From the NCBI RefSeq assembly GCF_053078305.1, contig NZ_CP166879.1: DNA of 64,000 nucleotides; one strand, given 5' to 3'. Below are positions 1-8,352 of the stretch, piece after piece. A program made the translations under genes and the position numbers. Below the pieces are notes generated by a model. It was not told the DNA's origin and did no database searches. It worked only from the letters and a program-made list of their open reading frames with translations. Within the stretch, counting starts at the first letter, position 1. Every line of letters begins with the position of its first letter.

Positions 1-834
1 GAACCGGTGGTGGTGCCTCTTTCAGTCCGTGGCAGCAGTACGGTACAACCCGGGGCACCGGTATCCGGGATCCGGTCTGAAGTACCGGAGTGTCAACCGG
101 ATACGGATACAGAGGCGATGCCGGAAAGCACAGTCTCCATATTCCCCGGTACTGAGCGCGAGCAACATGGTATTACCCGGCCACTGAAAGCCGTGTCTGA
201 TACTGACACAGAGCGCACTGAAAAATGCAGTCGACCTTCTCAGGAAGAGAGCGCAGGCAGGGGGGACAGTGGGGCGTCTTCTGCTGAAAATGCCCTGCGT
301 CCTGAGATACAGCCGGATATGTACGGTGGTAAGCCAGTCTTCAGTGGTGATGTTATGGAAGATGGTGCTGCCGGAGCAGTACTGGCATCAGTTATGACAG
401 GAGATACTGCTCCGGGAACCACTGATGCTCTTCCCGCGTCGGTGACGCACTTTGCTGTGGGGCGGGATGATATCGAACATCTGCAGAATGAAGCGTTCCG
501 TCTGGCCTGGGAACTGGCTGAATCAGCCGGTTGTGCTGAAGAGATTGCCATGGACAGGGAAAGCGACCTGTCTGCCGGTTTCGGGGCAACAGTGGAGAAA
601 TGTTCTCCTGTAGTGGCGTTTCTGGCGGGTCTGGCCGGTGATGCACCGCGGACAGTCCTCCCCGTGAGTCTGAAAGACCTGCTTACAGGGGGCAGTGCAC
701 CGGAAGCGTGGCCACTGCTGGATGACGACCATGCCGTGAAGCTGCTGCGTCTTCTGAGTGTGCTGCGCCGCCTGAGAGCCCTGCAGCGCAGTGTATTACC
801 CGACGACGATGAGGGGGATGAGAATGATGAGTGA
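1..834 (+). CDS. C-terminal part of a larger protein entering from upstream of the window; function unknown, acidic DDDEGDENDE tail
   Basis: Frame 1 is open from nt 1 to the stop at 832-834 (track ORF 7..834). No motif recognised. Confidence 0.4.
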   Translation, partial: EPVVVPLSVRGSSTVQPGAPVSGIRSEVPECQPDTDTEAMPESTVSIFPGTEREQHGITRPLKAVSDTDTERTEKCSRPSQEESAGRGDSGASSAENALRPEIQPDMYGGKPVFSGDVMEDGAAGAVLASVMTGDTAPGTTDALPASVTHFAVGRDDIEHLQNEAFRLAWELAESAGCAEEIAMDRESDLSAGFGATVEKCSPVVAFLAGLAGDAPRTVLPVSLKDLLTGGSAPEAWPLLDDDHAVKLLRLLSVLRRLRALQRSVLPDDDEGDENDE

Positions 835-1552
835 TATGTCGCATCAGGAACGTCTGATCAGGCGGGTCAGGAAACTGCTGGAGCTGAGCCGTAATAACAG
901 CAATGCCCATGAGGCCGGGCTGGCGCTTGCAAGGGCGCAACAGCTGATGGCGAAACACGGTATCACGGAGCAGGATGCCGGACTTTCTTCGGTGCAGACC
1001 TCTTCATCACAGGGGGCACCTTCTGATGCTGAAAAAGTTCCGGCGTGGATGTTTCGTCTGGTCATGGTGGTGACACAGACATTTGGCTGCCGGGCGTATT
1101 ACGACTGGCGGGCGGTGCCCGGAGGCCGGTATCGCCGGTGTGTGACGTTTTACGGTTTCAGTGAACGTCCTCAGGTGGCGGCTTATGCGTTTGATGTTCT
1201 GTGCCGTCAGCTAAGGGAAGCAACGGATGCGTATCTTCGTACACAGAGCCGGAGACTGAAACTGAGCACCCGTCGTGCCCGGGCGGCTCAGTTTCGTGAT
1301 GGCTGGGTTCAGGGGATTCGTCAGGTGGTGATGCCATTCAGTGTGACAGAAGAGGAAAGTCGGCTGATGCGTCTCTGGATGGAGCAGCAGGATATGGTGA
1401 CGGTGGACTCCCGTGAGATGAAAGCCTGTCGCGGCGGTGACCTGGCCCGCTGGCAGGGGTATGAGGCCGGGAAAAATGCCTCACTGCATCATGGTGTGGG
1501 GGAGAGTGCCCGACAGGTGGTGCCGGGTCTGATGATACGGGAGGCGTCATGA
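824..1552 (+). CDS. DUF2786-like domain protein
   Basis: N-terminal ERLIRRVRKLLELSRNNSNAHEAGLALARAQQLMAKHGI resembles the DUF2786 helical motif (from memory). In-frame ATGs at 809, 818, 824, 827 and 836; 824 chosen because of GAGGGGG at 811-817. Confidence 0.5.
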   Translation: MMSDMSHQERLIRRVRKLLELSRNNSNAHEAGLALARAQQLMAKHGITEQDAGLSSVQTSSSQGAPSDAEKVPAWMFRLVMVVTQTFGCRAYYDWRAVPGGRYRRCVTFYGFSERPQVAAYAFDVLCRQLREATDAYLRTQSRRLKLSTRRARAAQFRDGWVQGIRQVVMPFSVTEEESRLMRLWMEQQDMVTVDSREMKACRGGDLARWQGYEAGKNASLHHGVGESARQVVPGLMIREAS

Positions 1553-2157
1553 ATAACAGCTTGTCTCAGGCAACCAACGGTCTGCTGATGCAACTGGTGA
1601 TGGACCTCAAGAGCGGCTACCTGCGTCGCTGCGAATCTCTGGGGCTGGCCCGGGAGGAAATGCAGATGCTGCAGGGACTGACCATTGAGGAAATTCATTA
1701 CCTGTCAAACTCTGAAGTGTCGGTTATCCGGCTGGACATTAATCATGAAAACCTGCTGCGTATGCTGCAGCAGGCCCGGACGGAGCAGAAACGTCTGCAG
1801 CGCATTGACCGGGCACTGGCGCTGGGAGGCTCCATTGAACTGATGGCGTTTTACTTTGGACTTTCCAGTGTGGATGTGGCAGCGCGCCGTCGCATTGCCG
1901 GTATTGATGTTCGCCCGGGACGTGGCATCACACTGAGTGATGAGGAAAGTGCAGAGCTGTGGCGTTTATGGCAGAAGAGCGGCATCACAGATGTGGAAAG
2001 TGCGGACGGACTGGATGTCATGATGCTGGCAGCTGAGCAAATGAATATCCCGCTGACGGCGGTATGGCATGCAGTGAGGGGATGGCATCAGGGAACTGCG
2101 GGGTTTAATGATGTATCGGCCAGTCGCCGGAAACTGAACCGGGAAAAAGCAGAATGA
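1549..2157 (+). CDS. ICE/pathogenicity-island replication-associated protein (DUF2857 / STY4526-YPO1902-like)
   Basis: ATGA overlap with the upstream gene. Motifs RIDRALALGGSIELMAFYFGLSSVDVAARRR and EESAELWRLWQ match my recollection of this family; unverified. Confidence 0.5.
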   Translation: MNNSLSQATNGLLMQLVMDLKSGYLRRCESLGLAREEMQMLQGLTIEEIHYLSNSEVSVIRLDINHENLLRMLQQARTEQKRLQRIDRALALGGSIELMAFYFGLSSVDVAARRRIAGIDVRPGRGITLSDEESAELWRLWQKSGITDVESADGLDVMMLAAEQMNIPLTAVWHAVRGWHQGTAGFNDVSASRRKLNREKAE

Positions 2158-2321
2158 CAAGGACAAATGACATGGCCGAAATTAACTTTCAGGTACTGCG
2201 GGAGGCTGAACAGGTGAAGCGAGAGAACCAGCCGGTTGAGGCTGGAGCGTGGAAAGATGCCGTTGAGTGGGTGCTCCAGGAGGATTGCCAGGCTGTAAAC
2301 ATTCGCATCAAAGGAGAGTGA
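2154..2321 (+). CDS. 55-aa small ORF, truncated paralogue of the C-terminus of the 2615..3013 product
   Basis: Not in the ORF track (under 60 aa). ATGA overlap with the previous stop. Its last 37 aa (EQVKRENQPVEAGAWKDAVEWVLQEDCQAVNIRIKGE) repeat the C-terminus of ORF 2615..3013. Confidence 0.35.
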   Translation: MTRTNDMAEINFQVLREAEQVKRENQPVEAGAWKDAVEWVLQEDCQAVNIRIKGE

Positions 2322-2323
2322 AC

Positions 2324-2611
2324 ATGGCTACTTTGCAGGAATTAATCGACCTGACGCCAGAACAGGAAAAAGCGTGGAAGCGCCTTGTGAAGGCTGTAAA
2401 GGATTTCAGGGCAGCCGGAGGAAAGTTTTATAGCGTCCTGGACACGCTGAGTGCATACAACGGCGAGCACGTTGCCAGCATTGATAACGATAAGGGCTAC
2501 CACACTGCAAGAGTCTATATGCCTGGCATTGATGCGCCAGGGCTAACCAGTTGGGCTGATGACTGGCACGGCATCACGCTGAAAGATGGCGTTGAAGTGG
2601 ATGATGACTAA
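2324..2611 (+). CDS. hypothetical protein (95 aa)
   Basis: ATG 2324 lies 5 nt after the AAAGGAGAG RBS embedded in the upstream gene end. The track ORF 2267..2611 extends upstream in the same frame. Confidence 0.5.
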   Translation: MATLQELIDLTPEQEKAWKRLVKAVKDFRAAGGKFYSVLDTLSAYNGEHVASIDNDKGYHTARVYMPGIDAPGLTSWADDWHGITLKDGVEVDDD

Positions 2612-2614
2612 CAC

Positions 2615-3013
2615 ATGACCACGATTACCAAAGAGCGACTGCAATGGCTGGCTAACATTTCTGGCCGCGATGACATTGACGATATAGACGGCGGTGAGAT
2701 TCGTGAGCTGGCGCTTATCGCGCTGGCATCGCTGGAAGCAGAGCCTGTGGCGTCATGCATTATTGAAGATGGGGGCATGTGTGTTGACGGGGTCGGTGAG
2801 TATGTAGGTCACTCGCTGCCTGGTGGAACGTACCAGCTATACACCGCTTCACCTGTGCCGGTAGTGCCTGAAGGACTGGTTAAAGCAGTGCGCTTTTATG
2901 AACAGGTAAAGCGTGAGAATCCACCAGTTGAAACTGGGGCATGGAAAGATGCCGTTGAGTGGGTGCTCAAAGAGGCTTGCCAGGCTGTAAATATTCGCAT
3001 CAAAGGAGAGTGA
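2615..3013 (+). CDS. hypothetical protein (132 aa)
   Basis: Track ORF, tightly packed with its neighbours. No motif recognised. Confidence 0.5.
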   Translation: MTTITKERLQWLANISGRDDIDDIDGGEIRELALIALASLEAEPVASCIIEDGGMCVDGVGEYVGHSLPGGTYQLYTASPVPVVPEGLVKAVRFYEQVKRENPPVETGAWKDAVEWVLKEACQAVNIRIKGE

Positions 3014-3015
3014 GC

Positions 3016-3507
3016 GTGCAGATTTCACCAGTCACTCTTCGTGTTGCGAAGGCGTTTATATCCAGACATCACCGACACAATAAACCTCCGGTGGTGCATA
3101 AATTCAGTATTGGTCTGAGAAATGATGCGGGTGAATTGACAGGTGTGGCGACAGCCGGCAGACCTGTTGCACGCCACTTTGACGATGGGCTGACACTGGA
3201 GGTCAATCGTACCTGTACTACTGGTGAACGTAACGCTAACAGCGCACTTTATGGCGCTGTCTGGAGGGCGGCAAAAGATATGGGCTATCGCCGTTGCATT
3301 ACATACACCAGGGCTGATGAATCCGGGGCCTCTCTTCGGGCAGATGGTTTTGTTCGTGTGAAAGAACTTCCTTCAGGAAAAAGCTGGGCAGAATCAAGTG
3401 TCGCCCTGAAGAGTACACGCGATCCGGTTGGAAGCGGTGGTGTTCCTCGTGTGCTCCGGGAAATCAGGAGAATGAGCACTACTGTCATTCACATCAAAGG
3501 GGAATGA
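3016..3507 (+). CDS. XF1762-like / putative GNAT-fold protein
   Basis: GTG start 3 nt after the upstream stop, preceded by AAAGGAGAG. RHHRHNKPPVVHKFSIGL and the overall pattern resemble phage/ICE XF1762-family proteins (from memory, unverified). Confidence 0.4.
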   Translation: MQISPVTLRVAKAFISRHHRHNKPPVVHKFSIGLRNDAGELTGVATAGRPVARHFDDGLTLEVNRTCTTGERNANSALYGAVWRAAKDMGYRRCITYTRADESGASLRADGFVRVKELPSGKSWAESSVALKSTRDPVGSGGVPRVLREIRRMSTTVIHIKGE

Positions 3508-3510
3508 GAT

Positions 3511-3978
3511 ATGGCTATTGCAGAGAGAATGGGTATCTCCTCGCGCGGCGATACTTACGAAATCTGGTTGGGAGCAAACTGTTATCACTACCGCTCTGAT
3601 GGTTATGCAGTGCTTCTGAAAGAAGGCAGGAATCGTGCTTATCCATGTCGGGTGACGAGTGAAACGATTAAATCTGCGCTGGCAGCAATTGTTGAATTGC
3701 AACAGAAATTAACTGCGGCAGAGAAGAAAAAGGAGTGTGAGAACCACGGGGTTCTTTTGCCAGCTGAGATGTTAATTCGCTGTCTGGAAGATCAAACAGG
3801 GGGACGGTGGATCCGTGCACATGAACCAGTAATGCTGATGAAACGATTAATCAGTAACCTGAAAAAAGCCAGACCAGAATGTACCGTTCCTGATGAAGCG
3901 CTGGCATATCTCCGGCGTAACTGTCTGGTGAATATGGGCGATATACCCGTTACCAGCAGACGGATGTCTGACGTATAA
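3511..3978 (+). CDS. hypothetical protein (155 aa)
   Basis: Track ORF. ATG follows AAAGGGGAA in the end of the upstream gene. Confidence 0.5.
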   Translation: MAIAERMGISSRGDTYEIWLGANCYHYRSDGYAVLLKEGRNRAYPCRVTSETIKSALAAIVELQQKLTAAEKKKECENHGVLLPAEMLIRCLEDQTGGRWIRAHEPVMLMKRLISNLKKARPECTVPDEALAYLRRNCLVNMGDIPVTSRRMSDV

Positions 3979-3995
3979 CAAAAAGGAAAAGTGTA

Positions 3996-4571
3996 ATGAC
4001 ATTACCCGTAGACAGCCTGATTGCGTACACGCTGGAAAAAATGCAAGAGCGGATAGTGCAGAAAGGCCGACAACAGGACGGAAAAATACAAAGCGGACTG
4101 CTGTTTACCGGAAATGTGCATGATGCCATTCCGCGTCGACTGCTTCTGGATACTCGACTTTCTCCGCTGGATAAGATGGCGTGGATGATGATTCGGCTGT
4201 ATGCACAGAATAATGAAGGTGCAGTTTTCCCCACATATGACGAACTGCAACTGCAGCTTGCTTCCCCGGGGAAAGGAAAAGCCTCCAGGGAGACTGTCAG
4301 CCGGGTGCTGCTGATGCTGCGGATCACGGGCTGGCTGAGTCTGTGCAAACGGGTGCGTGATGAGAAAGGGCGGGTACGGGGCAATATTTATGCCCAGCAC
4401 GATGAACCGGTGACGTGCCGGGATGCTGAAATACTGGATCCACGTTATCTGGATATGGTGGCAGATGCCTGTATGAGCCGGAACCGGACCATAAGTCAGA
4501 CGGCCCGGGATATTCTGTGCGAAATAAAAAATGATCCGGGGATGCGTCATTATCACAGCCATATCAGTTAA
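3996..4571 (+). CDS. winged-helix replication-initiator-like protein (STY4528-type island replication protein)
   Basis: RBS AAAGGAAAAG. The central segment LSPLDKMAWMMIRLYA...FPTYDELQLQL...SRETVSRVLLMLRITGWL looks like a wHTH DnaD/Rep-type fold. Family name from memory. Confidence 0.5.
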   Translation: MTLPVDSLIAYTLEKMQERIVQKGRQQDGKIQSGLLFTGNVHDAIPRRLLLDTRLSPLDKMAWMMIRLYAQNNEGAVFPTYDELQLQLASPGKGKASRETVSRVLLMLRITGWLSLCKRVRDEKGRVRGNIYAQHDEPVTCRDAEILDPRYLDMVADACMSRNRTISQTARDILCEIKNDPGMRHYHSHIS

Positions 4572-4610
4572 CTGGAAGCCCGGATAGGGAGTGCCCAGAC
4601 ACCGGGACAG

Positions 4611-5240
4611 ATGGCGGCCCGTCAGCGGGTGACTGAGGACCGAATGCAGCCGGGTTCGGAAACCGAACCGGGGGTAGAAACACAGAGTTCGGTATTGAAA
4701 ATGCTGAGTTCGGATTCCGAACTCAGTGAAAAACAGGGGCAAAAAATACTGAGTTCGGATTCCGAACCATCAGAAAAATCAGAAGGTTATCACAGAGTTC
4801 GGAAACCGAACCATTACGTACGTAATATCACACACAGTGTGATTAAAAACACGTACGTATTGCCTGAAGCGCTGACAGGGCAAATCAGGGAGGAGGAGGC
4901 CATTATGCTGACCAGTCAGTTGCAGGCGCTGCCGGAAGAACTGGCGCAGGGGGTTCTGGAAAGTCTGTCAGGGATGCTGGGCAGCCACTCGCTGCAGAAT
5001 CCTGTGGGCTGGTTGCTTGCAGTGCTGAAGCGAGCCCGGGAGGGAAATTTTTATCCGCCGAAGCAGAAACAACGTGTTGTTGTGCCAGCCTCCGTACTGG
5101 CAGGAGAAAGGGGGCGAGCTACTGCGCAATCAGTTTCATCGGGGAAACGTACGGAACCGATTTCAGCAGAACGTCTGAGTGGCATTGTGGCTGGATTACG
5201 GGCCTCGCTGCGCAGATGTTCTGCGATGAGACCTGAGTGA
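4611..5240 (+). CDS. hypothetical protein; the 5' third contains palindromic iterons, C-terminus NPVGWLLAVLKRAREGNF
   Basis: Track ORF. The low-complexity repeat KMLSSDSELSEK/KILSSDSEPSEK is caused by the DNA palindromes. The coding status of the 5' part is uncertain. Confidence 0.4.
   Translation: MAARQRVTEDRMQPGSETEPGVETQSSVLKMLSSDSELSEKQGQKILSSDSEPSEKSEGYHRVRKPNHYVRNITHSVIKNTYVLPEALTGQIREEEAIMLTSQLQALPEELAQGVLESLSGMLGSHSLQNPVGWLLAVLKRAREGNFYPPKQKQRVVVPASVLAGERGRATAQSVSSGKRTEPISAERLSGIVAGLRASLRRCSAMRPE
4654..4811. repeat. four dyad-symmetric iterons GTTCGGAWWCCGAAC plus one half-site
   Basis: Cores at 4654-4668, 4708-4722 (23-bp perfect palindrome 4704-4726), 4753-4767 and 4797-4811. Half-site at 4687-4692. 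Further palindromes TTACGTACGTAA and ATCACAC-ACA-GTGTGAT follow at 4814-4845. Confidence 0.8.
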
Positions 5241-5351
5241 TTGCGATACGGGCTATGTTCGCGGGAATAAAAATCAACCAGTGCCGCCAGCGACTGGTTA
5301 AAAAGAAAACAGAATCGGGAACTGGTCAGGTGAAACAAGGTGGTAAATAGC

Positions 5352-5582
5352 ATGCAGAAATACAAACAGGAAAGTCTGAGTGCAGCCATGAAAGAAAGTG
5401 GCCTGTTGATCGCTAAAATTTGTGCCTGCGTGATTGCCGGAGTGGTGGTTATCTGGGGACTGGTGACAGGCACAGAGACCCTGCTCACTGCGCTGAAAAC
5501 AATGCACGAACAGTACGATAACAGTATGTGTTATATCGTATGTGCCACAGGGTGGTTTTTCCTGGTGTTAAGTAACTGGCTG
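5352..5582 (+). pseudogene. 5' part of a membrane-protein gene interrupted by the IS66-family element
   Basis: ATG 5352 after AAGGTGG. The reading frame continues exactly at 8104 once 5583..8103 (IS plus one TSD copy) is removed. Confidence 0.65.
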
Positions 5583-5612
5583 GTAAGCGTCAACGGAGCA
5601 CCGTATTGACGC

Positions 5613-7205
5613 TTATTTATTGGTGAGTACTACGTTCCATGGCAAGAGTTCATCAACTCGGTTGGAAGGCCATTCCGGCAGTACGCTCAGGATATGGCGC
5701 AGATACGCTTCCGGATCGATACCGTTCAGACGGCAGGTGCCGATCAGCCCGTACAACAGTGCTCCACGCTCGCCGCCGTGATCGCTGCCAAAGAACATAA
5801 AGTTTTTCTTTCCGAGACAGACTGCACGAAGCGCTCTTTCCGCAGCATTATTATCCGCCTCCGCCAGACCGTCATCACTGTAATAACAGAGGGCATCCCA
5901 CTGATTCAGTACATAGCTGAACGCTTCGCCCAGTCTGGATTTTTTCGACAGCGTACCATTCTTCTCCACCATCCATTCATGCAGCGACGTCAGTAACACT
6001 TTGCTTCGCTGCTGCCTGACGGAAAGACGCTCTGACTCCGGTAATCCCCGTATTTCATCCTCGATGGCGTACAGTTCACTGATTCGCTTCAGGGCTTCTT
6101 CTGCCTTCGCACTTTTGCTGCTGATGTATACATCGTGGATTTTTCGCCGGGCATGGGCCCAGCACGCAACTTCTGTCAGTGCACCACCTTCACGTTCTGC
6201 ACTGAACAACCTGTCGTAACCTGTGAACGCATCCGCCTGCAGGATACCCCGGAAGGGGCGGAGGTGTTGCTCCGGGTGTTTCCCCTGCCGGTTCGGCGAG
6301 TACGCGAACCAGACCGCTGGAGGAGATGACGAACCCACATTGCGATCATCCCGGACATACGTCCAGATACGCCCTGTTTTCGCCTTTTTCTGACCCGGTG
6401 CCAGTACCTTTACCGGTGTGTCATCAGTGTGAACCTTGCGGGTGTTCATTACATAACGGTACAGGGCATCATTCACCGGTGTCATTAACTGGCAGCACGC
6501 GTCAACCCAGTTGGAGAGTAAGGCCCGGCTCAGTTCGACACCCTTGCGGGCAAAGATTTCACTCTGACGATACAGTGGCAGATGTTCGCAGTATTTTCCC
6601 GTTAACACGCGGGCAAGTAATCCGGGGCCCGCGATACCACGCTCTATCGGGCGGGACGGCGCCGGTGCTTCAACGATGCAGTCACATTTTGTACAGGCTT
6701 TTTTTACCCGTTCTGTGCGGATCACTTTCAGGGCGCTGCTCACCAGTTCCAGTTGTTCTGCACTGACTTCCCCCAGATAATCCAGCTCACCGCCACACTC
6801 CGGGCAACAGCTTTCTTCAGACTCCAGACGGTGTATTTCACGGGGAAGGTGTGCCGGTAACGGACGACGATGGCGCGACTGTCGCAACTGGCGGGGAACC
6901 TGTGGATCGTCTTCCCGCCCACTGTAACGATCGCTGTCCTGTTCGCGTTGTTTCAGCAGGGCCTCAGCCTGTTCAACTTCACGACGCAGTTTTTCAGAAC
7001 GGGTACCGAACAGCATCCGGCGCAGTTTTTCTATCTGAGCCCGCAGATGTTCTATTTCCCGTTCATCTTCTTCGATCTTTTCTTCGGCACGTGCCAGTGC
7101 AGAGCGCAGGAAGGCCTCCGTCTCTTCAACCAGACTCAGTTGCTGGTCTTTCTGACGGAGCTGGCTTTCCAGTTCTGCAATGCGAATGAGGTATTTCTGA
7201 CTCAT
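5613..7205 (-). CDS. tnpC: IS66-family transposase TnpC
   Basis: 530 aa with an N-terminal coiled coil, zinc-finger CPECGGEL...CTKCDC, and the conserved core typical of IS66 Orf3. Confidence 0.9.
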   Translation of the reverse strand: MSQKYLIRIAELESQLRQKDQQLSLVEETEAFLRSALARAEEKIEEDEREIEHLRAQIEKLRRMLFGTRSEKLRREVEQAEALLKQREQDSDRYSGREDDPQVPRQLRQSRHRRPLPAHLPREIHRLESEESCCPECGGELDYLGEVSAEQLELVSSALKVIRTERVKKACTKCDCIVEAPAPSRPIERGIAGPGLLARVLTGKYCEHLPLYRQSEIFARKGVELSRALLSNWVDACCQLMTPVNDALYRYVMNTRKVHTDDTPVKVLAPGQKKAKTGRIWTYVRDDRNVGSSSPPAVWFAYSPNRQGKHPEQHLRPFRGILQADAFTGYDRLFSAEREGGALTEVACWAHARRKIHDVYISSKSAKAEEALKRISELYAIEDEIRGLPESERLSVRQQRSKVLLTSLHEWMVEKNGTLSKKSRLGEAFSYVLNQWDALCYYSDDGLAEADNNAAERALRAVCLGKKNFMFFGSDHGGERGALLYGLIGTCRLNGIDPEAYLRHILSVLPEWPSNRVDELLPWNVVLTNK

Positions 7206-7235
7206 GACCGTTTTTATAATGCGGTCAGGATTTTT

Positions 7236-7586
7236 TTACAACATTGTCAGTGAGTTACGGCGGGATGTTTTTGGCTGACGCCAGTCCAGCTTATCGAGGA
7301 GCATTGCCAGTTGCGAGCGGGTAATGGATACCTTGCCGTCACGTACCGCAGGCCAGATAAACTGGCCTTCCTCCAGGCGTTTAGTGAACAGGCACAGACC
7401 ATCAGCATCAGCCCAAAGAATTTTAACGGTGTCACCCCGTCGGCCACGGAAGATAAACAGGTGACCGGAGAAGGGATTATCATTCAGCACATGTTGTACC
7501 TGTTCTCCCAGTCCGTTGAAGGATTTACGCATATCGGTAACGCCGGCAACGAGCCAGATACGGGTACCTGATGGGAGTGAGATCAT
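7236..7586 (-). CDS. tnpB: IS66 accessory protein TnpB (Orf2)
   Basis: 116 aa. RIWLVAGVTDMRKSFNGL...IFRGRRGDTVKILWADADGLCLF is the hallmark IS66 Orf2 sequence. Confidence 0.9.
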   Translation of the reverse strand: MISLPSGTRIWLVAGVTDMRKSFNGLGEQVQHVLNDNPFSGHLFIFRGRRGDTVKILWADADGLCLFTKRLEEGQFIWPAVRDGKVSITRSQLAMLLDKLDWRQPKTSRRNSLTML

Positions 7587-8008
7587 CTTCCCCTCCCGGT
7601 CAGTTCACGGATCAACACCGTGAGCAGCTCTGGCGATGGATTTTCCAGCGTCATGTTACCGTGACGGAATTCCACCTTGCAGGAGCTGGCACTGACTCTG
7701 GTCTGAGAGGTAGTGGATAAAGATGGCGCAATGGCCACCACAGGTTCTTTCTGCTCATCCGGCGTTATTTCTACAGGTAATAATTCAACGCCAGTGTCAG
7801 AAGAGGTCGTTACCGGAAGACGCCGCGAAACACGCCCTTCGTTCTGCCAGAGCCTGAGCCATTTGAACAGGAGGTTATCATTGATATCGTGTTCCCGGGC
7901 GATACGGGCAACAGAGGCTCCTGGTTGCAAAGCCAGTTTAACCATTTGAAGTTTAAAATTATTTGAAAATGATCTGCGGGGTTCTGCGGATAATGTTTTT
8001 TGCTCCAT
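7583..8008 (-). CDS. tnpA: IS66 accessory protein TnpA (Orf1, HTH)
   Basis: 141 aa. RRSFSNNFKLQMVKLALQPGASVARIAREHDINDNLLFKW is an HTH. 4-nt overlap with tnpB. Confidence 0.85.
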   Translation of the reverse strand: MEQKTLSAEPRRSFSNNFKLQMVKLALQPGASVARIAREHDINDNLLFKWLRLWQNEGRVSRRLPVTTSSDTGVELLPVEITPDEQKEPVVAIAPSLSTTSQTRVSASSCKVEFRHGNMTLENPSPELLTVLIRELTGRGR

Positions 8009-8103
8009 AACAGGCGTCCACTAGTTTGAAAAGGTGGGCACCTACGTTACCAATACTGGCTTAATGGCTACATACGGCAGTCGGTTTACGCTTACACTGG
8101 CTG

Positions 8104-8352
8104 TGGATCACATACAGTCTTTATAAAGCGCGTACAGGCAGTACAGTCGGAGGGGGCCTGCAATTTATGCTCCTCCTGAGTCTGCTGGCAGAATGCTTTT
8201 CATTTTTTGTGATTTTCTGGTCATTGTCTCATCTGGATATAACCGACATTCAGTTGCTCGTGATGGGGATAACAACATTAATGCTGTTTTTGTCTCTGAA
8301 CGTTAAGGTAGTAGTCATCATTAACCATGTTGCCAGTGGCAACAGTGATTAA
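8104..8352 (+). pseudogene. 3' part of the IS-interrupted membrane-protein gene
   Basis: In frame with 5352..5582 after IS removal (21 codons, then track ORF 8167..8352). The stop lies in the first unit of the 36-bp array. Confidence 0.65.

Larger units (their letters stand above)
5583..8095 (-). mobile_element. IS66-family insertion sequence (tnpA-tnpB-tnpC), 2513 bp
   Basis: Imperfect terminal IRs starting GTAAGCGT at both ends (5583 forward, 8095 reverse). 8-bp direct repeat ACTGGCTG at 5575-5582 and 8096-8103. Carries the three canonical ORFs. Confidence 0.9.

Noticed and set aside
4002-4742. 246-aa minus-strand ORF
   Set aside because: It is antisense to the wHTH replication-type gene, and its composition is atypical.
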